Part shown: piece after piece, positions 9,884 through 19,324 of the stretch
How positions within the stretch are numbered: position 1 is the stretch's first letter
How the letters are laid out: every line of letters begins with the position of its first letter
Assembly: GCA_044344255.1 (NCBI GenBank)
Contig: JBIJDH010000002.1
Coordinates: 288,001-352,000, forward strand
DNA length: 64,000 nucleotides
Direction: 5' to 3'
DNA from: Myxococcota bacterium
Lineage (GTDB): Bacteria > Myxococcota_A > UBA796 > UBA2385
Made by a program: the position numbers and the translations under genes
Notes under the pieces: model-generated
What the model was told of the DNA's origin: nothing
The model's database searches: none
Seen by the model: only the letters and a program-made list of their open reading frames with translations

Positions 9884-11158
9884 TCAGCGCGCGTGCGCCC
9901 CGCGGGGGCGGAGGGGGAAGCGCAGCCAGGTGATCATCGCGGCGATGATCGCGGCCACAGCGACGCCGATGAAGACCTGGCGGAGCCCGGCCTCGAGGTT
10001 CGGGACGCCGGAGAAGTCGGCGGCGCCGGGGCGGATGCCCGCGAGCCAGCCGAAGGCCGGGCCGGCGATCGAGGCCCCGACGGTGCGGAAGAAGAGGCCG
10101 AGCGACGTGGCGAGGCCCCGCAGATCGGGGGGCGCGTACTCTTGGGCGGAGACCGTGAAGGACGCGATGGTCGCCCCCATGCCCAGGCCGAAGAGGATGA
10201 GGCCGAGCCGGCTCGCGGTGTCGAAGGCGGCGAGGGAGGCGCCGAGGGCAACGATCAAGGTGCCGGCCCACACGATGGGCCCGAAGCCGGTGCGGCGGAC
10301 CAGCCGGCCGGCGACGTTGGAGGCGAGGGTCCAGGCGACCGACAGGGGGATGACCGCCAGGCCGGCGTCCATCGGGCTGCCGCCGTGGACGGCTTGGATC
10401 CAGAGCGGGAGGTACCCGATGACGCCGAAGAGGCCGGCGCCGAGCGCGATCCCGGCCAGGGCGATCGTCTGCTGGACCGGGCTCTGGTAGAGGCGGCGGA
10501 GCGCGCCGGGCCCGCCCGACTCGCCCGACTCAACCGAGGCGGCGACGCTCGGCCCGCGACGGGGCAGGTAGAGGGCGACCAGGGCGCCGGTAAGGAGACA
10601 GAACGGTAGATTCAACCAGAAGATCCACCGCCAACCGAGGCTCGCCGTCACCCATCCGCCCGTGGCCGGCCCGACCAGGGAGGAGAGCCCCCAGACGAGG
10701 GAGAAGAGCCCTTGCATCCGGGTCCGCTGCTCAATTGGGTAGAGGTCGCCGAAGATCGTGATCGGCAGCGGGACGAGGGCCCCCGCGCCGAGGCCCTGGG
10801 CGGCCCGGCCGAGGAGCAGCGCCTCCATCGAGCCCGCGGCGCCGCAGAGCAGCGTGCCGAAGGCGAAGAGGCCGAGGCCGACGAGGTAGGTGTCGCGGCG
10901 GCCCCAGCGGTCGGAGAGGCGACCGTAGGCCGGCATCGTCACGGTCTCGACGGCCATGTAGGCGGTGAAGACCCATGGGTAGAGGCCCGCTCCGCCGAGG
11001 TCGCCCACCACCGAGGGCATGGCGGGGCTCACCACCATCACCTCGAGGCTGGCGATGAAGGTGCCGAGCAGCACCGCGCCGGTCACGAGCCGGCGGTGGG
11101 CGGCGGGTAGGGAGGTGAGGGGAGCGGAGGCGGGCGCGGGCACCGGCGCGGAGGACAT
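9884..11158 (-). CDS. MFS transporter (DHA2/MDR-like)
   Basis: Motif A GRLSDRWGRR, GRAAQGLGAG, GWRWIFWLNLPF and multiple TM helices. Confidence 0.9.
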   Translation of the reverse strand: MSSAPVPAPASAPLTSLPAAHRRLVTGAVLLGTFIASLEVMVVSPAMPSVVGDLGGAGLYPWVFTAYMAVETVTMPAYGRLSDRWGRRDTYLVGLGLFAFGTLLCGAAGSMEALLLGRAAQGLGAGALVPLPITIFGDLYPIEQRTRMQGLFSLVWGLSSLVGPATGGWVTASLGWRWIFWLNLPFCLLTGALVALYLPRRGPSVAASVESGESGGPGALRRLYQSPVQQTIALAGIALGAGLFGVIGYLPLWIQAVHGGSPMDAGLAVIPLSVAWTLASNVAGRLVRRTGFGPIVWAGTLIVALGASLAAFDTASRLGLILFGLGMGATIASFTVSAQEYAPPDLRGLATSLGLFFRTVGASIAGPAFGWLAGIRPGAADFSGVPNLEAGLRQVFIGVAVAAIIAAMITWLRFPLRPRGAHAR

Positions 11159-11214
11159 GCGGGCCCGGCTACCTCGCTGCGCTCACGCTGTCGGCCTGGG
11201 ACCCAGGCGGCCGC

Positions 11215-11685
11215 TCACTTGGCGGCGAGCAGCTCGGCGGAGGAGAGCGAGACCTCGAGGGCCTGCTGGCGACAGCGGGGCAGGCGGGCGCAGCGGAGGC
11301 ACTGCCGGTCGCGCTTCTCGGGGAGGTCTGCGAGAGAGCGACGCTCGAAGCCCACGCCCTCGTAGAGGGCCGGGTCGTCGGTGAGCACGAAGGCGCGGTC
11401 GACGCCCATCGCGCGGGCCTCGTCCAGAACATTGAGCAGCAGCGTCTGCTCGACGTCGGTGCGGTGCGCGGCGAGGGCGCCCACCTCCGCCAGGTAGGTG
11501 TCGACCAGCGAGACCGACGCCACGCCCACGACCACACCATCCTCGATGGCCAGCGTGTAGTCGCGCAGACGCTCGACGATCTGCCGGGCCGTGCGGGGGA
11601 GCAGGCGGAGCGACAGGACGTGGGGCTCGAGCAACGCCACGATGGACGGGACGTCGGCGACGGTGGGCTTGCGGAGATAGTGCAT
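11215..11685 (-). CDS. GNAT N-acetyltransferase, short ArgA-like (amino-acid acetyltransferase)
   Basis: LRKPTVADV..I..L, LLPRT, LAEV, FVLT, LPEK...QCLRC...PRC. This matches the short ArgA-like GNAT pattern. Confidence 0.7.
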   Translation of the reverse strand: MHYLRKPTVADVPSIVALLEPHVLSLRLLPRTARQIVERLRDYTLAIEDGVVVGVASVSLVDTYLAEVGALAAHRTDVEQTLLLNVLDEARAMGVDRAFVLTDDPALYEGVGFERRSLADLPEKRDRQCLRCARLPRCRQQALEVSLSSAELLAAK

Positions 11686-11700
11686 GGGCGTCCCTCAGAC

Positions 11701-11734
11701 CCCATCTTTATGCACCGAAATGAATGAATTTGCA
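11701..11734. promoter_or_regulatory. Putative tandem ARG boxes (ArgR operator)
   Basis: CCCATCTTTATGCA (11701-11714) and TGAATGAATTTGCA (11721-11734), 20-bp period, compared with consensus TGMATwwwwATKCA. Lies just upstream of the ArgA-like gene. Confidence 0.55.
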
Positions 11735-11793
11735 AGGTCTGGGGGTATTTCGGGCCAACAAAGCTGATTAGATACGCTTCATTGGTCGCAATT

Positions 11794-13149
11794 TCATATA
11801 CCGTCGCCCTCGTCGCCAGCGGGCGATCGGCCGCTGACCCTCCGCTCGAGCCGGCGGGCCCCGCGGTGCGCGAGGGAGAGCAGGCGCCAGGTGGGGCTCG
11901 CGCGCCAGCGGGAGCGCTCGTCTCGAAGGCGTGCGATCTCGATGAGCAGTGGATCTTCATCGAGGATCGCCGCACGGTGTGGGGCCTCGATCCAGGCCCG
12001 CAGCGGCGCCAGCAGCGGCTGAGGCGCGTAGCGGCGCTCGAAGTGGGCGGCGGCCGCGGCGGCTGAGCCGGGCCCCGCGGCGTCGGCGCGCTGGAGCAGG
12101 GCGTCGCGGAGGGCCAATGGATCGCGGGGGGGCACGACGATCAAGTGCGGCGCTGCGTCATCGACGAGCTCGGTCAGGCCGGTGGTGAGCCCGTCGAGGC
12201 CGAGCCAAGCGAAGAGCAGCAAGCGGGTCCGGCTGCCGAGGCGCGGCTCGGGGCCCGGCCGGTCGAGCGAGAGGCCGACGTGGGCGCGGCCGAGCAGGCC
12301 CGGCAGGGCGGCGTTGCTCACCCATGGCTGGAGCTCGACCCTCCCTGGCCAGCGGGCGGCCCAGCGGCTGAAGCGCGCCCAGCGGTCGCCGCTGAGGCCG
12401 GGCACCGGCCCGCCGAGGGCGAGCAGGGAGATGCGGCGGTCCGCTGCGAGCGCGTGATCGAGGCCCTCGATGAGGGTCTCGTCGTCGAACCAGGGGTTCA
12501 TGGCCCCGGCGAGCGCGAGGCAGAGCGGGTCTCCGGGGTGGCGCGGGCGGGGAGGGAGCCGAGGGTGAGGGAAGTCGAAGGCGATGGGGACGCTGTGGAC
12601 GCCCACCTGCGGCCCTGCGAGCCCGCGCCGCCCGACCGCCCCCAGCGCCCCCAGCGCCGCGTCGGCCTGGCGGGTCGACACGGTGGAGATCGCATCGGCG
12701 CGCCGATACACGAGGAGGGCGGCGGAGGCGGCGGCCGCCCTGCGCTCGGTCGAGAGGGGGCCGTGGTCGGCCAGGGCCTGCAGCTCGGCGAAAGGATCAC
12801 CCGGGAGGTCGGCCCAGACAGGCCGGCCGTCGGCGACGAGGCAGGCGAGGCGGCCGGGGTTGTACGGCCCGGCTGACACGATGACGTCGGCCCCCTCGGC
12901 GGCGGCGCGGCCCTGCTCGATCCAGCCCGGCCCCTCCTCCACGATCTCGAGGGTGCCCTCCCACCCACGGAGGGGGGGGCCTTGGCGCTCGCCGAGCAGG
13001 AGGGTGCGGAGCGCGCACACCCCTACGCCGTGGCCCACCGTCCGGAGCCCAGCCTCGAAGTGCGCAGTTCGAAGCTGGGCGAAGCCCGTGTGGCGCTCGT
13101 CTTGTCCTGGGCGCGGGCCGCGGCCGATCAGCAACACCCGCCGCGTCAC
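11794..13149 (-). CDS. Glycosyltransferase (GT-B/GT4-like), divergent
   Basis: ADAISTVSTRQ, LAGAMNPWFD, AHVGLSL....E....SRTRLL and a C-terminal SPTWRL coiled tail. Lies downstream of a Wzt-like gene. Confidence 0.6.
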   Translation of the reverse strand: MTRRVLLIGRGPRPGQDERHTGFAQLRTAHFEAGLRTVGHGVGVCALRTLLLGERQGPPLRGWEGTLEIVEEGPGWIEQGRAAAEGADVIVSAGPYNPGRLACLVADGRPVWADLPGDPFAELQALADHGPLSTERRAAAASAALLVYRRADAISTVSTRQADAALGALGAVGRRGLAGPQVGVHSVPIAFDFPHPRLPPRPRHPGDPLCLALAGAMNPWFDDETLIEGLDHALAADRRISLLALGGPVPGLSGDRWARFSRWAARWPGRVELQPWVSNAALPGLLGRAHVGLSLDRPGPEPRLGSRTRLLLFAWLGLDGLTTGLTELVDDAAPHLIVVPPRDPLALRDALLQRADAAGPGSAAAAAAHFERRYAPQPLLAPLRAWIEAPHRAAILDEDPLLIEIARLRDERSRWRASPTWRLLSLAHRGARRLERRVSGRSPAGDEGDGI

Positions 13150-13168
13150 GGGAGCCCCGCGCGCCTGC

Positions 13169-14602
13169 TCATGCGTCGCCCTTGACGTGGGCGATCAGGC
13201 CCCAGGCGTGGTCGAGCAGGACGGTGCCGTGGTCCTCCACCTCGGCCACGACCTCGAAGTCGTAGAGCTGGTTGTGCCAGACATGGGGCTTGAGGTGCCC
13301 CTTGTCGAAGACCGCGACGCTCAGGCGATAGCGCCCGCTGAGCAGCGGGAGGCGGCGCCAGCGGATGAAGAAGGTGTAGATCCCGTGGTAGGTGCCGCCC
13401 AGCACTCGGTCGTAGCGGGAGTTGGGCCCGTGGATGTACACCCCGTCCGAGCGGAAGAGGGCCACGCCGAAGATGGGGTCCGGCACGGGCTCCGTGGTGC
13501 GGAAGGTGACGGCCACCACGAGATCGTCGCCGGTGCGGAAGCGCTGGCGGGGCCGGGCATCGCCGTCCAGCACCTGCACCCGGTGGATGCGGACCTCGCC
13601 GGAGCCCTGGACGACGGGCACGTCGCCGTCGGTGACGTCGTAGGGGGTGGTCTCGACGGACTCCGCCCACATCGCCTCCGCGTCGGGGAGCGCCGTGGCC
13701 TCGAGGATCGCGGCCTTGAGGACGGGGTCGTCCACGGTGGCGGTGAAGGCGACGGGCGCGATCGAACGCGGCGCCGCGGCGGGCATCGGGTGGAGGCGGC
13801 GGAGGCTTGGGCCGGCGGCGCGCTCCCGCTCGATGTCCATGTACCGATCGACCACCTCGCGGGCCGGGCCGAGGGCCCGCACCTTCCCGCCGTCGAGCCA
13901 GAGGGCCTCGTCGCAGAGGTTTCGCACCGAGTGGAGGTCGTGGCTGACGAGGATGATGGTGCGGCCCGCGGTGAGGAACTCCTCGATCTTGCGGATGCAG
14001 CGGCGCTGGAAGTACTGGTCGCCGACCGCGAGCACCTCGTCGACCAGGAAGACGTCGCTGTCGCTGTGGGCGGCGATGGCGAAGCCGAGGCGGAGGTTCA
14101 TGCCTGCGGAGTAGGTGCGCACCGGGTAGTCGATGAAGTCACCGAGCTCGGCGAATTGGATGATGGCGGGGATGCGGTCATCGATCGCGTCCTCGGGCAT
14201 GCCGAGCAGCGAGCAGTTGAGCCGGATGTTCTCCCGCCCCGTGAAGTCCTGGTGGAAGCCGAGGCCGAGGTCGAGGAGGGTCGAGAGGGTGGCGCGGATC
14301 TCCAGCCAGCCCTCGGACGGCCTTGTGATGCCGCCGATCAGCTTGAGGAGCGTCGACTTCCCGGCGCCGTTGGGCCCGATGACGCCGAAGCTCCGCCCTC
14401 GTCGGACATCGAAGTTGACATCTCGCAACGCCCAATGTTCGGAGTGGTGGCTGCGGTTGCCGAGGAATTCGTAGAGCCTGCCTCGGTCGTTCCGGTAGAT
14501 GTCGAAGCGCTTGCCGAGGTCTCGGGCGGCGACCACCACCTCGGTGTCGTGCTCGTCGCCGGGCTCTTCGATGCTGGAGGGGGGCGCGGGGGAGCTGCTC
14601 AT
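13169..14602 (-). CDS. Polysaccharide ABC exporter ATP-binding subunit (Wzt-type) with C-terminal carbohydrate-binding domain
   Basis: GPNGAGKST, TGRENI, YSAGM..RLGFA and DEVLAVGD, plus a Wzt_C-like region (F.TGD, P.FG, LLSGRY). Confidence 0.88.
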   Translation of the reverse strand: MSSSPAPPSSIEEPGDEHDTEVVVAARDLGKRFDIYRNDRGRLYEFLGNRSHHSEHWALRDVNFDVRRGRSFGVIGPNGAGKSTLLKLIGGITRPSEGWLEIRATLSTLLDLGLGFHQDFTGRENIRLNCSLLGMPEDAIDDRIPAIIQFAELGDFIDYPVRTYSAGMNLRLGFAIAAHSDSDVFLVDEVLAVGDQYFQRRCIRKIEEFLTAGRTIILVSHDLHSVRNLCDEALWLDGGKVRALGPAREVVDRYMDIERERAAGPSLRRLHPMPAAAPRSIAPVAFTATVDDPVLKAAILEATALPDAEAMWAESVETTPYDVTDGDVPVVQGSGEVRIHRVQVLDGDARPRQRFRTGDDLVVAVTFRTTEPVPDPIFGVALFRSDGVYIHGPNSRYDRVLGGTYHGIYTFFIRWRRLPLLSGRYRLSVAVFDKGHLKPHVWHNQLYDFEVVAEVEDHGTVLLDHAWGLIAHVKGDA

Positions 14603-14651
14603 CGCCCGCGCATCGTACCATCCCAGCGACGGCGGTGCTAAGCTGCGCCGC

Positions 14652-15311
14652 ATGTTGCCCACCCGTCGTGCTCCCGTCGCCGCCGCGGCCCTCCGCTTGG
14701 GGGGCGCGCTCATCGGGGTTGCTCACGTGGGGGTCGCTCTCGTGGGGGTCGGCTGCGTCGATCCGATAGACGAGGTGCCCATTGTCGCCCAGTCCTGGTG
14801 CGCCGAACAGCGGGTCGAGCGGGTCGCCTGCGTCCTCGACGGCGACACCTTTGACTTCGGCACCTGCACGGGCAACGAAGACGACAAGGTGCGGATGCTC
14901 GGGGTGGACGCCCCAGAGATCTCGCACAATTCCACTGAGGTGGCCGACTGTTACGGCGACGAGTCGGCCGAATTCATGACCGAGATTGTAAATGGTCGCG
15001 ATGTCGAGCTGCAGTTCGACGTTGAGTGCACCGATATCTATGGTCGCAACCTCGCTTGGGTCATGCTCAAGGGGGATCAGGGCGACCCCCTGTACGAGAC
15101 GTTGGTGAGCCTCAACGGCCTCGGCATCCAGACAGACGGCACCTTCGAGGTGCTGGCCAACGAGCTGTCGGTCCGCCTCGGCTACTCCACCGTCTTCGAG
15201 GGGGACATCGCCGAGAACGTCCGCTATGCGACCCGAATGGACGAAGCGATGGCCCTGGCTGAGGCGGAGCTCCGTGGGCTGTGGTCCCCCGAGACCTGTG
15301 ACGGCCCTTGA
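14652..15311 (+). CDS. Thermonuclease (SNase) family lipoprotein
   Basis: Lipobox LVGVGC, VLDGDT, VRMLGVDAPE, DIYGRNLA, NEL.VRLG and RGLWS. Confidence 0.85.
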   Translation: MLPTRRAPVAAAALRLGGALIGVAHVGVALVGVGCVDPIDEVPIVAQSWCAEQRVERVACVLDGDTFDFGTCTGNEDDKVRMLGVDAPEISHNSTEVADCYGDESAEFMTEIVNGRDVELQFDVECTDIYGRNLAWVMLKGDQGDPLYETLVSLNGLGIQTDGTFEVLANELSVRLGYSTVFEGDIAENVRYATRMDEAMALAEAELRGLWSPETCDGP

Positions 15312-16147
15312 TGAGCTCAAACTTCCAGGCCAGCGGCCTCTTGGATGCTCTCGAGGCCGTCTTTCGGTGGCGTCAAGAGCAGGAGTCGGAGCTCCGTAAC
15401 GGCAGCGTCCGCTTGCTGGACGAGGAGCGCCAGCTCCACCGTCAGCTGGAGGAGGTCGCTCGCCAGATCGAGGAGATCCGCGGGCGCAGCCAGGCCCTCG
15501 AGGACCGCCTCACCGCCCTCGACGAAGAGGAGGCCGAGCGGGCCCGCGTCGCGGTGGGGGAGGGCCTTCTCGCCGACCGGCAGCTGATCATCGACCGCGC
15601 CGGCCGCCTGCAGCGGGCTCGCGCCGCGAACGCCACCCGAAACCGAACGTCGCTGGCCGGCAGCGCCCAGGTCGCGCTGATTGACGTCGACCTCTCGCCG
15701 ATCACCGTCGTCGCGGGCATCGAGCGCTCCCTGGAGGGCACGATGGCGCTGGAGATCGTGGTGCCGGTCCCGTTTACGGTCTACTCGCATTGGAAACAGC
15801 ACAGCGATGACCTCTGCGCGCGCTTCGCGTGGCGGATGGTCGGTGCGATGACACACACCCTCGCGGCGACGGGCCTCTCGGACGCTCCGGTGCGCTTCGC
15901 CGATCGATCGGGCTGCCTCTCGGTCCAAGTCTGGGTTGGCGGACGAGTCGAAGAGCAGCCGCTGCGAGATGCTCTCTCGTCGATCTTCGATCATGTCTAT
16001 GACGCCGCGGCCGAGCTCCGCGAGGCTGGGCTTGAGCTCCACGCGGCCTGGCTCGACCCCGACATCCTCGCCCCGCGGGAGGTGAGAGCGCAGGACCTGA
16101 GAGAGAAGGCCTTGAGCACGAGGGAGGCCCGCCGTGGTGGCGACTGA
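15308..16147 (+). CDS. Hypothetical protein with N-terminal coiled coil
   Basis: 279-aa ORF overlapping the SNase stop, with an E/R/Q-rich heptad segment. Confidence 0.6.
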   Translation: MMSSNFQASGLLDALEAVFRWRQEQESELRNGSVRLLDEERQLHRQLEEVARQIEEIRGRSQALEDRLTALDEEEAERARVAVGEGLLADRQLIIDRAGRLQRARAANATRNRTSLAGSAQVALIDVDLSPITVVAGIERSLEGTMALEIVVPVPFTVYSHWKQHSDDLCARFAWRMVGAMTHTLAATGLSDAPVRFADRSGCLSVQVWVGGRVEEQPLRDALSSIFDHVYDAAAELREAGLELHAAWLDPDILAPREVRAQDLREKALSTREARRGGD

Positions 16148-16637
16148 AGATACAGAGCGTCGCCTCGTCTGCGACGTCGCGGCCGAATTGGAGCTGCACC
16201 CCTTTGATCTCGTCCGGGCGGCGACCAACATCGGCGTCATGGGCCCCTCGTTCACCTTCGGGGAGGAGGAGCTCCGGAGCCTCATCGCCGAGCTTGGGAT
16301 CGAGCCGTGGTGGGCTGCGGACGAGGCCGCGGCGTGGCCGACCACCGAGCCCGAGCGTGGCGTCGCGCTCGGGCGCGCCCTGGCGTGGAAGCTGGTCGCG
16401 CTGAAGCCCACAGAGTCGCAGCCCACTCGTGCCGACAACCTGTACCGAGGGGTCGGATCAGACGACAGGCGCCGCCTCCGCAAGCTGATCAACGACCTGA
16501 TCCGCCACGGGGTGCTGTCCAGCATGGCCACCCCGCGCGGGATAGAGGTTTTCCTGCGCTCGGAGGGGCTGGATTTGCTGGAGCAGCTGGCCGATGAGGC
16601 GTCCCCTCCGGAACTCTTCGCGGAGCTCGGCCGATGA
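16134..16637 (+). CDS. Hypothetical protein, possible HTH/winged-helix
   Basis: Overlaps both neighbours. DVAAELELHPFDLVR and RKLINDLIRHGVL are helix patterns. Confidence 0.55.
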   Translation: MVATEDTERRLVCDVAAELELHPFDLVRAATNIGVMGPSFTFGEEELRSLIAELGIEPWWAADEAAAWPTTEPERGVALGRALAWKLVALKPTESQPTRADNLYRGVGSDDRRRLRKLINDLIRHGVLSSMATPRGIEVFLRSEGLDLLEQLADEASPPELFAELGR

Positions 16638-18214
16638 ACGATCCACAGCCTCCAAGGGGCTCCCGCCTCTTTCACGCAGATCCGGGCCTCCTCCTGCTCG
16701 ACGAAGACGTCACGATGGGGTCGATGGGCGCCGCGGACGATCCGTTCGCGGCCGAGCCGATCCTGAACGGGAGCTGGTCGGCCGCTGGGGAGCGGCTTCG
16801 CGTGCACCGCGAGCCGCTGCGCGTGGTGGTGGGCGCCAACGCGGAGGGTGGGCGGCCCGCGGCACAGGCGGGAGAGCCGCTGCGCGTGGGCCCAGCCGCG
16901 CACGGCTCCCTCGATCCGATCGCCGTTCGCCTGGAGAGCGCGCCCACGAACCCCTCGTTCGGGGAGGCCGGCACGGCTCGACGCGCCGCTGACTGGGCTC
17001 GCTCGACGTCTCCATCCTCGGCTGCGCCGCACGCCCTGGCGCGGAGCCCTGTCTGGGACGCCTCCGCTCTGGGCGATGAGGAGGAGAGCGAGAACGAGCC
17101 GGTGGAGGGCCCCCATGTCATTGACGACGTCTCGGGCGAGATCGTCTCCCCGCTCCGCTTCGGCATTCGGCCCGACCTCCGCGCCGCGCCGCGGCCGCCC
17201 ACCTCCGTTCGGGTCCCCTGGCGGAGCTCGTCGGGAGATCAGGAGATCGAGGGGGAAGAAGAGGCGTCGGGGGAGGTCCTTCCCGTCCGACGCTCGCCCC
17301 ACGACGCCGGAGCGTCGGGCGAGGCGGGCGCTGAGGACGCTGAGGACGCTGAGGACGCTGAGGGCGCTGAGGGCGCTGGCGCCGAGTCTTTGCAGGTCCC
17401 CGCCTTTGGTTCCCACGAAAATGATTCGCTTGATCCTGGCGCTCCGCCGGCTTGGGGGGCCCAGCTGGAGCCCCTGCCTTGGGAGTCGGGCGAGGCTGGG
17501 GCCGACGCTTGGGGCGAGAAGCTCCCTTTGGAGCAGGACCTCGAGGGTGAGGATCCCACGGGTCAGATCGCCGGTGGCTCGCCAGCCGGGGAGCGAGGGG
17601 CCGCCGCTCAGCCGGCCGCTCGCAGCGCCGGGGGGCTGCCTCCGCTCGCCCAGGTTGGGATGGGGGCGCTCCTTGTCCTCCTCGTCGCGGTCGTGGTGGT
17701 CCAGCTGATCGAGCCCCCCGAAGGGCGCGCCGGTCGCGGGGGCGCGGCCCGGCATCGTACGGCGTTGACCGGGGATGAGGCATCCGGCGCTTATGCCGTG
17801 GATGGCTCGGCCCCGGTCGCGGGTGCCGACGGAGGGGTGGCCAAGGCCGATGTCGATGCTGACGCCAATGGCGAGGTCGATGCCGAAGCCAAGGTCGATG
17901 TGAACGCAGGCGGCGCGCCCGAGCCGCAGGGATCGGTCTCGGAGTGGCTGCCCTCCGACGACGCCAGTCGTCGCCAACGCCTCTCAAACCTCGATCACCA
18001 AGGCCTGCTCGAAATTGTCACCGATCGTCCGGCGCGTGTCTGGGTGGGAGACCGCGAGATCGGCACCACGCCCCTCTCTCCGGTGGCCCTCCCGCAGGGC
18101 ACCTACGACGTGAAGGTGATGCCGGTTGGCGGCGGGCGCGCCGTCTTCGAGGGCCGGGTTCGGGTGGATGCGAGTCGTGTGCGGCAGATCAATTTTGAGA
18201 TCGCTGAACGCTGA
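16634..18214 (+). CDS. Membrane-anchored PEGA-domain protein
   Basis: Acidic low-complexity N-region, one TM, and C-terminal ARVWVGDREIGTTPL..V.LPQGTYDV (PEGA). Confidence 0.7.
   Translation: MNDPQPPRGSRLFHADPGLLLLDEDVTMGSMGAADDPFAAEPILNGSWSAAGERLRVHREPLRVVVGANAEGGRPAAQAGEPLRVGPAAHGSLDPIAVRLESAPTNPSFGEAGTARRAADWARSTSPSSAAPHALARSPVWDASALGDEEESENEPVEGPHVIDDVSGEIVSPLRFGIRPDLRAAPRPPTSVRVPWRSSSGDQEIEGEEEASGEVLPVRRSPHDAGASGEAGAEDAEDAEDAEGAEGAGAESLQVPAFGSHENDSLDPGAPPAWGAQLEPLPWESGEAGADAWGEKLPLEQDLEGEDPTGQIAGGSPAGERGAAAQPAARSAGGLPPLAQVGMGALLVLLVAVVVVQLIEPPEGRAGRGGAARHRTALTGDEASGAYAVDGSAPVAGADGGVAKADVDADANGEVDAEAKVDVNAGGAPEPQGSVSEWLPSDDASRRQRLSNLDHQGLLEIVTDRPARVWVGDREIGTTPLSPVALPQGTYDVKVMPVGGGRAVFEGRVRVDASRVRQINFEIAER
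17330..17374. repeat. In-frame 9-bp tandem repeat (GCTGAGGAC x3, GCTGAGGGC x2) encoding AED/AEG
   Basis: Read directly. Confidence 0.9.
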
Positions 18215-18297
18215 GGCTTGTTCGGCGCTCGGCCACTGCGTCCCCGTCGCGGTAATATGGCCCTCCGACTCCTCTTCGACTCCTGCCCGGATCGCCG

Positions 18298-19284
18298 ATG
18301 GCCCCGCAGCGAACTGCCTCCCTCCTCGGCCGCGCTACCTCGTTGCGCGACACCGCGTGGAGGTGGCTCCCCGCCGTGGTCGGAGTGCTGGTCTCCCCGT
18401 TCGGACTGGTCTCCAGCGTGTGGGCCGGGTGGTATCCAGCGCCGGCGGAGCTCCGCCCGCCTTCGCCCCGGTTGGTCGCCGAGGACGTAGCGGACGCGCT
18501 CTCCTTTGGCCCCTGCGTGGACGACCCTGTCGCGTTCGGCCGAAGAGATGGCCCCTGTGCGGATCAGCGCACCATCTTTGTCGATTTCGAGGCGCTGTCC
18601 CTCGACGCGCGTCGCGGCGGCGAGTGGATCTCGTACGACTTCGCCTCCGTCATCCGTCCGCTCCGCGCCGCGGAGCTGGCTGATGAGGGTGAGCTGTCCC
18701 TCGCGGTTCGGCTCGTCGTGAGCGAGGTCGGCGCCGACCGCCTGCTGAAGAACCAGTACGGGCTCGCTGAGGCCGTGGGCATCCTCTACACCGTCGAGAA
18801 CCGGATGACGGACCCGGTGCAGAACCCGGAGAACGTCGATCGTGCCCCTGACTTTCCGGGCTGCGGCCCAAGAGGGGGCTTCTGGGCCTGCGCGAACGCT
18901 GAGCAGTACCTTGGCATGGCCACTTGGCGGGCCCTCGATCCGGGCTCCCGATATCGTCCCGAGCTGCTGGAGCGGGCTGTGGACGTGGCCGTGCTCGCCT
19001 GGTACCTGCAGCGGCGGGGCTTCGTCCCCGACATCACCGAGGGCGCCACCAACTATGTCCATCGGTGCGGTGGCGCTGCATACGGTGAGCCCACCTGGCG
19101 CTGCGACGGCCACGTCGGTCGGCCTCGCTGGGACGACATCCGGGGGGCCGATCCGCACACCGGGCCCCTCGTCTTCAAGGCGCCGACGGTCTATCAGGAC
19201 CGGCACGGCTTCTACGGCCTCCGGGAGTCCATGGTGGTGGACTATGAGCCCGTCCCCGTGGCGGTCTCCGACGCCAGCGAGTGA
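18298..19284 (+). CDS. Putative cell wall hydrolase (Hydrolase_2/SleB-like)
   Basis: LAVRLVVSEVG...EAVGILYTVENR, EQY and DITEGATNY. These match the SleB/CwlJ catalytic Glu helix, the NR motif and the DxTxGA motif. Confidence 0.55.
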   Translation: MAPQRTASLLGRATSLRDTAWRWLPAVVGVLVSPFGLVSSVWAGWYPAPAELRPPSPRLVAEDVADALSFGPCVDDPVAFGRRDGPCADQRTIFVDFEALSLDARRGGEWISYDFASVIRPLRAAELADEGELSLAVRLVVSEVGADRLLKNQYGLAEAVGILYTVENRMTDPVQNPENVDRAPDFPGCGPRGGFWACANAEQYLGMATWRALDPGSRYRPELLERAVDVAVLAWYLQRRGFVPDITEGATNYVHRCGGAAYGEPTWRCDGHVGRPRWDDIRGADPHTGPLVFKAPTVYQDRHGFYGLRESMVVDYEPVPVAVSDASE

Positions 19285-19324
19285 GCGCCGCGGGGCCCTG
19301 AAGTAGCCGGCAGTGGCTGGCCGC

